Shown here in pieces: positions 58,749 to 64,000 of a stretch of DNA of 64,000 bases. This stretch comes from Thermodesulfobacteriota bacterium (GTDB taxonomy: Bacteria; Desulfobacterota_D; UBA1144; Nemesobacterales; UBA2774), in the NCBI GenBank assembly GCA_965216785.1, contig OZ244197.1, positions 800,001 to 864,000 of the forward strand, given 5' to 3'. A program made the position numbers and the translations under genes. Below the pieces are notes generated by a model. The model saw only the letters and a program-made list of their open reading frames with translations. It did not search any database and was not told where the DNA came from. Position 1 is the stretch's first letter. The number at the start of each line of letters is the position of its first letter.

Positions 58749-58847
58749 AGGGTAACTAGACGTGATGAATTTCAGGTTAAAGCGAGATTAAGGTTTGGTT
58801 TTTTTCAGGTGAATATTTTGTTTAAGCCGGATTAAGGATTGATTAAG
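58749..58847 (-). promoter_or_regulatory. Extended Pho-box-like array plus -10
   Basis: Plus-strand hexamers in 11-bp phase: ATGAAT 58765, GTTAAA 58776, ATTAAG 58787, (GTTTTT 58798), GTGAAT 58809, (GTTTAA 58820), ATTAAG 58831, ATTAAG 58842. Minus-strand TACCCT lies 10 bp from the proximal unit. Confidence 0.72.
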
Positions 58848-58853
58848 AATCAT

Positions 58854-60704
58854 TCAGCTCGGGAAATTGCATGCAAGCCTAAGTTCCCGCAGCATGGACA
58901 TCTTCTTAAATTGGTGTGTTTCCATTCTTCTCAGTATATTGTCCAGTGCTGTTAAAGCATCCAGTATATGAGGGCCTTTATTCAGCATAACGCACTCGGC
59001 CCTGTGCCCCATGGCGGCATCCGTAATTTCAGCCCTCGTCGGCGCGCCCAGCTTTGCCAGGCTTTCAAGTACTTGAGTTGCCCATATTACCGGAATATGA
59101 GCGGCCTCGCATAGCCATAGTATTTCCTCCTGGACTTCCGCCAGTCGCTCGAATCCAGATTCGACTGCCAGGTCGCCTCTGGCAATCATAACGCCGCAGC
59201 TAGGGCTCTTCATCGCCTCAAGAAGCATCGCAGCGAGGTTCTCAAATCCACGCCGCGTTTCAATTTTAAGCACTATGGAGGGCTGCCCTTTACCAAGGGT
59301 CTCTATTTGATTTATAAGGGTACTTATGTCTTCTGGGCTATTAACGAACGACAGCGCCACAATATCGGCGTTTTGTACTATGTAATCCAGTACGGGTAGA
59401 TCATTTTGAGTCAGCGCCGGCAGCCTGAGTTTTGTTAAAGGGAGGTTTATGCCTTTATCACTCCTTAGTTTCCCAAGGCGGGGGCCTGTATTTGTTATGC
59501 GTATTCTAAGTCCTTGAGCGCCCTTGGCCTCTATAACTCCGCTTATTTTCCCGTCATCAAACGAGATCGGCTCGCCGATTTCAACGTCGTTATAAACCTC
59601 AGGTATCGTACAGCCAATAACAGCATGTGACACAAGGTTTTTACAATCGTCATAATCCGCCGGGTGGCCCGGCTTCAAATCTTTGTTAAGCTCGAGCGTA
59701 TCGCCCGCCTGTAGTGGGATGAAGTTTTCCCGGGGCGTTATATTCAAGACTTTAGTCTCGTGTTTATGGGGGCAGAAAAGTTTTGTATCAGGAGTGATAT
59801 AAGCGGTTTTCCAGGCTTCGGCCAAGAGTCCTTCGTGAGCTCTTCCAATTACCTTGATATTTCGTTTAGTGCCTCGCGCGTCTGCAAATTTTATTCTGTC
59901 GCCCGGCTTGAGACGCTCGAGCCACTTATCTTCGACCGACAATACTGCACCGCCGGGTTTCTTAGAAATTAAGCCGGGATCAATTTTATCTGTAAGCAAC
60001 ACTGTTGCAGGTTTTAAAACCTTTCCGTATGCATTCTTTTTTGGGCGAATCTTTACAACTCTGGGTCCGGGACAAAGAGGTCCGGTACGGAGCTTAGGTC
60101 CCGGCAGGTCCATAATGATTTTACACTCAAGCCCTGTTTCCTTACGGGCCCGCTTAAGGTTCTCGATCATTTTAGACCATACTTCCCTACCGTCATGGGC
60201 GCAATTGATTCTCATGCAATTCATACCTTTTTTTAGTAGATTAAGTACAAGATCATAGTCAAAGGCTGCGGCACTCGGCATAGTTACCATAATGTATTGG
60301 TTTCTTCCGGAAGGCGAGGGGCCGAGCAGTATCCGGGTGTGCTGCTCCAGAATGCGCTTTGCCGTTATGAAGCCGATTTTATTTTTATCGGCATCAGCTA
60401 CTGCGGGCTCTTGCTGAGCCAGGCGCGATAATGTCAGCAGCACAGCGTCGATTGTAGCGAGCACGTGAGACTCTGAGCGCCCGAGTGATGATAGCCCCAG
60501 TTCCGCCAGCTCCGATTGCAGTGATCTCAGATCGCGGCGTCTGAGCGCAAGATAGTGAATCAAGTTCACTGCGCTATCTCTATACGAAGGGTCAAGACCG
60601 GAGATGGTTCGCTCCAGTTTTTCAGCTAAGCCCAGCATTTCTTTGCGCATAACACTAAGCTGCTTTATCAAGTACAATAGTTCGTCTTTAGATTTTTTAT
60701 ACAT
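58854..60704 (-). CDS. pyk: Pyruvate kinase, long atypical form
   Basis: RINCAH, DLPGPKLR, KGINLP, KIET, MIARGDL, ATQVLES, PTRAEITD and CVMLN motifs. Confidence 0.88.
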   Translation of the reverse strand: MYKKSKDELLYLIKQLSVMRKEMLGLAEKLERTISGLDPSYRDSAVNLIHYLALRRRDLRSLQSELAELGLSSLGRSESHVLATIDAVLLTLSRLAQQEPAVADADKNKIGFITAKRILEQHTRILLGPSPSGRNQYIMVTMPSAAAFDYDLVLNLLKKGMNCMRINCAHDGREVWSKMIENLKRARKETGLECKIIMDLPGPKLRTGPLCPGPRVVKIRPKKNAYGKVLKPATVLLTDKIDPGLISKKPGGAVLSVEDKWLERLKPGDRIKFADARGTKRNIKVIGRAHEGLLAEAWKTAYITPDTKLFCPHKHETKVLNITPRENFIPLQAGDTLELNKDLKPGHPADYDDCKNLVSHAVIGCTIPEVYNDVEIGEPISFDDGKISGVIEAKGAQGLRIRITNTGPRLGKLRSDKGINLPLTKLRLPALTQNDLPVLDYIVQNADIVALSFVNSPEDISTLINQIETLGKGQPSIVLKIETRRGFENLAAMLLEAMKSPSCGVMIARGDLAVESGFERLAEVQEEILWLCEAAHIPVIWATQVLESLAKLGAPTRAEITDAAMGHRAECVMLNKGPHILDALTALDNILRRMETHQFKKMSMLRELRLACNFPS

Positions 60705-60809
60705 CGCAATAATCGGCTAATTCGGAAGCTTATCGGGTGATTTTTATAGAAAGGGTATCGTAGAATTATTAATTTTATGTTAAAAATCCTATCGACAAGT
60801 GTGGTTAAA

Positions 60810-61406
60810 TTATATTAAGATCTTCACCATAGTTGTTGAAGAGGCAAAGCCGATGTAGCGTCCCAGGTAGGGGTAACGATCTGTCTTGGTAGCCTTGAAC
60901 CCCTGACTTTCATAGAGCTTTTTGGCCCTGTCATTGATGTCAATGACGTCGAGTCCTATCTTTCCGTACCCTTTCTCGGCTCCAAATTCACTCAGCTTTT
61001 TCAGAATTCCGCTGCCAATCCCCTTGCCTCGCATAGACGAATCCACAGCGATGCCGTCCATCAACAGCTCACCCAGTTCCGCTTTTCTCTCATATAATAT
61101 TCCGAATATGAATACGGCCCACAAGCCTCTGAATAAACCTAGCAGTTTGATCAATCCGTAAGTACTGCCGCCGCTCGTGAAGTAGTCTCCTTCATGATGA
61201 AATCCCGCAAGTCCTACTAATCTATCGCCCTCAAACGCAGCTACTGCATATTCCGGCTTGATAGACTCTGTAAGAATCTCAACCATCTTCTCTTTGGATT
61301 TAGCTACTGGAAAGAATTTCTGACGGAAAGCTTCTTCATAAAGCTCAGCTGCTCTTCTGCGGGATGACTCGGGTATACCTACCCGGTATTCAATAGATTT
61401 ACTCAT
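60810..61406 (-). CDS. GNAT-family N-acetyltransferase
   Basis: IAVD...RGKGIG motif A; N..A.KLY...GF. Confidence 0.88.
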   Translation of the reverse strand: MSKSIEYRVGIPESSRRRAAELYEEAFRQKFFPVAKSKEKMVEILTESIKPEYAVAAFEGDRLVGLAGFHHEGDYFTSGGSTYGLIKLLGLFRGLWAVFIFGILYERKAELGELLMDGIAVDSSMRGKGIGSGILKKLSEFGAEKGYGKIGLDVIDINDRAKKLYESQGFKATKTDRYPYLGRYIGFASSTTMVKILI

Positions 61407-61464
61407 GTTTATTTTAAAACATAGTCTACTTATATTCAGGTCGGATCAACATTACCTGCTCAAG

Positions 61465-61899
61465 CTATTCCGGCAGCACTTCTCCTGAGCCACCGGCCTC
61501 CTTAGGCAGATCCTTAAACTTGGTTAAGCCGTCTTTAATGTGCAGCACCGTCTCCTGATAATGAACGTGCGCTTGAGGAGTAAACGGAAACCCTGGAATC
61601 ATAGCGGGATATACGTCAAAAAGTCCCATTGCCCGATGATCGGTAAAGATATGGCCCCCGCAGGTCTTACACCATTTCCGGTAGCTTTGAGGAGTTTTGT
61701 TGTAAGTGCCGATATTATCCTCGCCTTTTGTAATCTGGACCGCTCCGGGTATCCACAGCGTATACTCGGTAACAGGGCATGCCGACCAGTGGCGGCAAGA
61801 CTCGCAGTGGCAATAACCCATCGCTATAGACTCACCACTTACTGTAAGCTCGACCGCTCCGCAAAAGCAGCTTCCTGAATAAATTTTCTCATCGCTCAT
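61465..61899 (-). CDS. GFA/CENP-V-family zinc protein
   Basis: GSCFCG, CHCESC and R.WC..CG motifs. Confidence 0.9.
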   Translation of the reverse strand: MSDEKIYSGSCFCGAVELTVSGESIAMGYCHCESCRHWSACPVTEYTLWIPGAVQITKGEDNIGTYNKTPQSYRKWCKTCGGHIFTDHRAMGLFDVYPAMIPGFPFTPQAHVHYQETVLHIKDGLTKFKDLPKEAGGSGEVLPE

Positions 61900-61951
61900 A
61901 ACCTAGCTCCTTATTTATTCTCATATATGGCGCAGTAAATTAGGCTAATTA

Positions 61952-62779
61952 TTATACCACGCCCCTATCGAGCGAGCGGTACTGTATAGCTTCGGATATA
62001 TGGTTTGACTTGACGTTGTCCGAGTCCTCAAGGTCGGCAATGGTTCGGGCTACTTTTAATATTCTGTCATAAGCCCTTGCGCTGAGGCCCAGCTTATCTA
62101 TCGCGGTCTCGAGCAGCTTACTGCCGGTGTCATTTGGTTTTGCGTATTTTTTCACCTGCGTTGGGCTCATCTGCGAGTTTGAATGTATCGGAGAGCCCTT
62201 GAAGCGCATCATCTGTATCTCCCTCGCTCTGTTTACCCGGTCCTTAATATCTGAGGATGTCTCGCCTCCCGCCTCGTCCGAAAGCTCCTTATATCTAACA
62301 GGCGGCACCTCTACGTGAATATCAATCCTATCCAGAAGCGGCCCGGAGACCTTGGAGCGGTATTTGTGTATCTGAAGAGGGTTGCACGAGCATTCCTTCT
62401 GCGGGTCCCCATGGTACCCGCACGGGCAGGGGTTCATAGCGGCAACGAGCATAAAGCTTGCGGGATATGTGAGCGACGTGACGGCTCTTGATATCGTGAC
62501 CATCCCGTCCTCAAGGGGCTGGCGCATAACTTCAAGTACGTTCTTTTTAAACTCGGGGAGCTCGTCCAGAAACAGCACGCCGTTGTGCGCGAGGCTCACC
62601 TCCCCTGGTTTTGGAATCGCGCCCCCGCCGATAAGTCCCGCGTCGCTCACCGTGTGGTGAGGCGAGCGATAAGGTCTCGTAGCGTAGAGTGACGAATGAC
62701 TAGGCAGGAGCCCGGTCACGGAGTATATCTTGGTTGTCTCGAGTGCCTCTTCAAATGTCATGTCCGGCAGTATCGTGGG
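61952..62779 (-). pseudogene. comM: 3' half of comM/yifB (Mg-chelatase-like AAA+ ATPase), split by an integrated element
   Basis: [49 protein letters not shown] and LSAR motifs. The N-terminal domain and Walker A are missing. Homology stops near 62780, with an in-frame TAA at 62792-62794. Confidence 0.9.
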
Positions 62780-64000
62780 TACTATTCTGATTTAAATTAG
62801 TAATTTTTCCTTCATCAATAAACCTCTGCAAAATCTCTGGATTCCAATTTAGTTTGAATTTAATTTTAGGACCTCCAGGTCCGTCTATCTCATTGTCCTC
62901 CTGATAATCTATAACAACTTTATCCTTAAGCATAGATTCAACCAGTATTTTTTTGTCGTTTCCGTTCAATTTCTTTATTTGCTTTGCTAGTTTTCTTAAT
63001 TCTTTTTTGTTATTGAGTAAAAAATCAGTAATATCGTTCTGTCTGTCAATTATGGATATGAGTTCTTCATATTGTGATTTAGTCTCATGTAACATGCCTT
63101 TAAGCTCCATTATTTCATCCTGGTTATTGCGTAATTTATCTTTTAGCTCGTTGATGTTTAAGTCATCATCCTCCATACATTTAAAAATGTTACTTCTAGC
63201 TCTATTCTTTTTATTTAACTCATTTTCCAACCTGTCCATTGTTTCCTTTAACTGATCCACTTTACTCTTCTGTTTTTCTGAATCAAACAAGAATTTGAAA
63301 GCGATGTCAGGATTTAATGAAAAATTTACCAAGATGTCAGCCCAAATTGCGTTTTCAATAGGCTTAGTTTTAATAAAAGGTAAACTGCACTTCTTCTTTC
63401 GTCCTGACGCAAGTAAGTTCTTTTTACTTGTACCAGCCCAATAACAAACATAATAACGGGGTACTGAACCATCTTTTCTAACATTACCTACTCTTGGTTT
63501 TACTCTACCACCGCATCTTCCACAAATTAGAACATCGCGTATTGTTAAGTCTTCTGTTTTAGTAGAACGTTTAGATTTACGTTTATTAAATTCTGTCTGT
63601 TTTTGTATAAGGTCCCATTGATTTTTAGAGATCAATGGTATTATTGGATAACTTATATGTTCGGAGCTAGGTTTTCTTTTTTTTGTTCTTTTCGTACCTA
63701 CACCTCTAGCACTATCTTCATACAAATATTGATTAACCACGTAATTTCCATAATATGCTGGATTTTTTAGCACATAGCCTATTGTTGTGCCGCTCCAAAA
63801 TGCACGTTTACATTTGATCCCTTGCTCTTTGAGCTTAATACTTATGTCCTGAAATGACATTTTTTGATTCAAGTACATATCAACAAGCAAATGATAGACT
63901 TTTGCTTCTTCTTTATTAATTTCTAGTTTTTGTGTTTCTTTATTCCAGTAATAGGCAAACGGAGTTCTGCCATTAAAAATGCGTAGTTCTCTCCACCTCA
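62751..64000 (-). CDS. Large serine recombinase/integrase (recombinase domain, zinc ribbon, coiled coil); 5' partial
   Basis: The frame is open to the window edge (GRTPFAY...[10 protein letters not shown]); [21 protein letters not shown]...YYVC...C, then a long coiled coil. Confidence 0.9.
   Translation of the reverse strand, partial: RWRELRIFNGRTPFAYYWNKETQKLEINKEEAKVYHLLVDMYLNQKMSFQDISIKLKEQGIKCKRAFWSGTTIGYVLKNPAYYGNYVVNQYLYEDSARGVGTKRTKKRKPSSEHISYPIIPLISKNQWDLIQKQTEFNKRKSKRSTKTEDLTIRDVLICGRCGGRVKPRVGNVRKDGSVPRYYVCYWAGTSKKNLLASGRKKKCSLPFIKTKPIENAIWADILVNFSLNPDIAFKFLFDSEKQKSKVDQLKETMDRLENELNKKNRARSNIFKCMEDDDLNINELKDKLRNNQDEIMELKGMLHETKSQYEELISIIDRQNDITDFLLNNKKELRKLAKQIKKLNGNDKKILVESMLKDKVVIDYQEDNEIDGPGGPKIKFKLNWNPEILQRFIDEGKITNLNQNSTHDTAGHDI
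62768..62789. other. Putative attachment site (attL/attR) of the serine-integrase element
   Basis: Imperfect dyad CAGTATCGT-GGGT-ACTATTCTG (7/9 symmetric), centred where comM homology ends and the DNA turns AT-rich. Confidence 0.65.
62780..64000. mobile_element. End of an AT-rich integrative element/prophage inserted in comM (continues beyond the window)
   Basis: Abrupt drop in GC content, an integrase gene, and an interrupted host gene. Confidence 0.85.

Noticed and set aside
1-64000. CRISPR arrays, rRNA, IS transposases, and the many short antisense or overlapping ORFs in the track
   Set aside because: I saw no repeat-spacer arrays, rRNA or transposase motifs. The short ORFs are shadows of well-supported genes on the other strand or frame.

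Overview
A 64-kb stretch of a diderm bacterial chromosome that contains the replication origin. The proteins look deltaproteobacteria-like; Ca. Dadabacteria / Desulfobacterota is my guess and is not proven. From left to right: housekeeping genes (HIT, lapA-like, lipA, apgM, mazG, an M24 peptidase, erpA/iscA); a fused AccA-AccD carboxyltransferase; a glycan cassette built around a membrane-anchored UDP-galactopyranose-mutase-like flavoprotein; an orphan nuoI; a murQ-anmK-nagZ-sodium:solute symporter cell-wall recycling operon; tRNA-Gly(CCC), mlaD and purH; four outer-membrane beta-barrels with phoBR; DUF1800/DUF1501, pheA, a signal-peptide-bearing DUF151 nuclease, gspLMN and comF; dnaN-oriC-dnaA; ferritin; a TonB receptor-YfiR-hybrid kinase operon with a sigma54-type promoter; a PhoX-like phosphatase; and an atypical pyruvate kinase. 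The window ends with comM/yifB split by an AT-rich element encoding a large serine recombinase. Three observations stand out. (1) The integrase ORF runs through the att site, takes its last codons and stop from host comM, and overlaps an in-frame ATG of the comM 3' half. (2) Three promoters share 11-bp-phased YTTAAY arrays with a -10 exactly 10 bp away, outlining a Pho regulon. (3) Several operons look like uncharacterised variants of known envelope systems. All calls come from reading motifs by eye; no database search was run.
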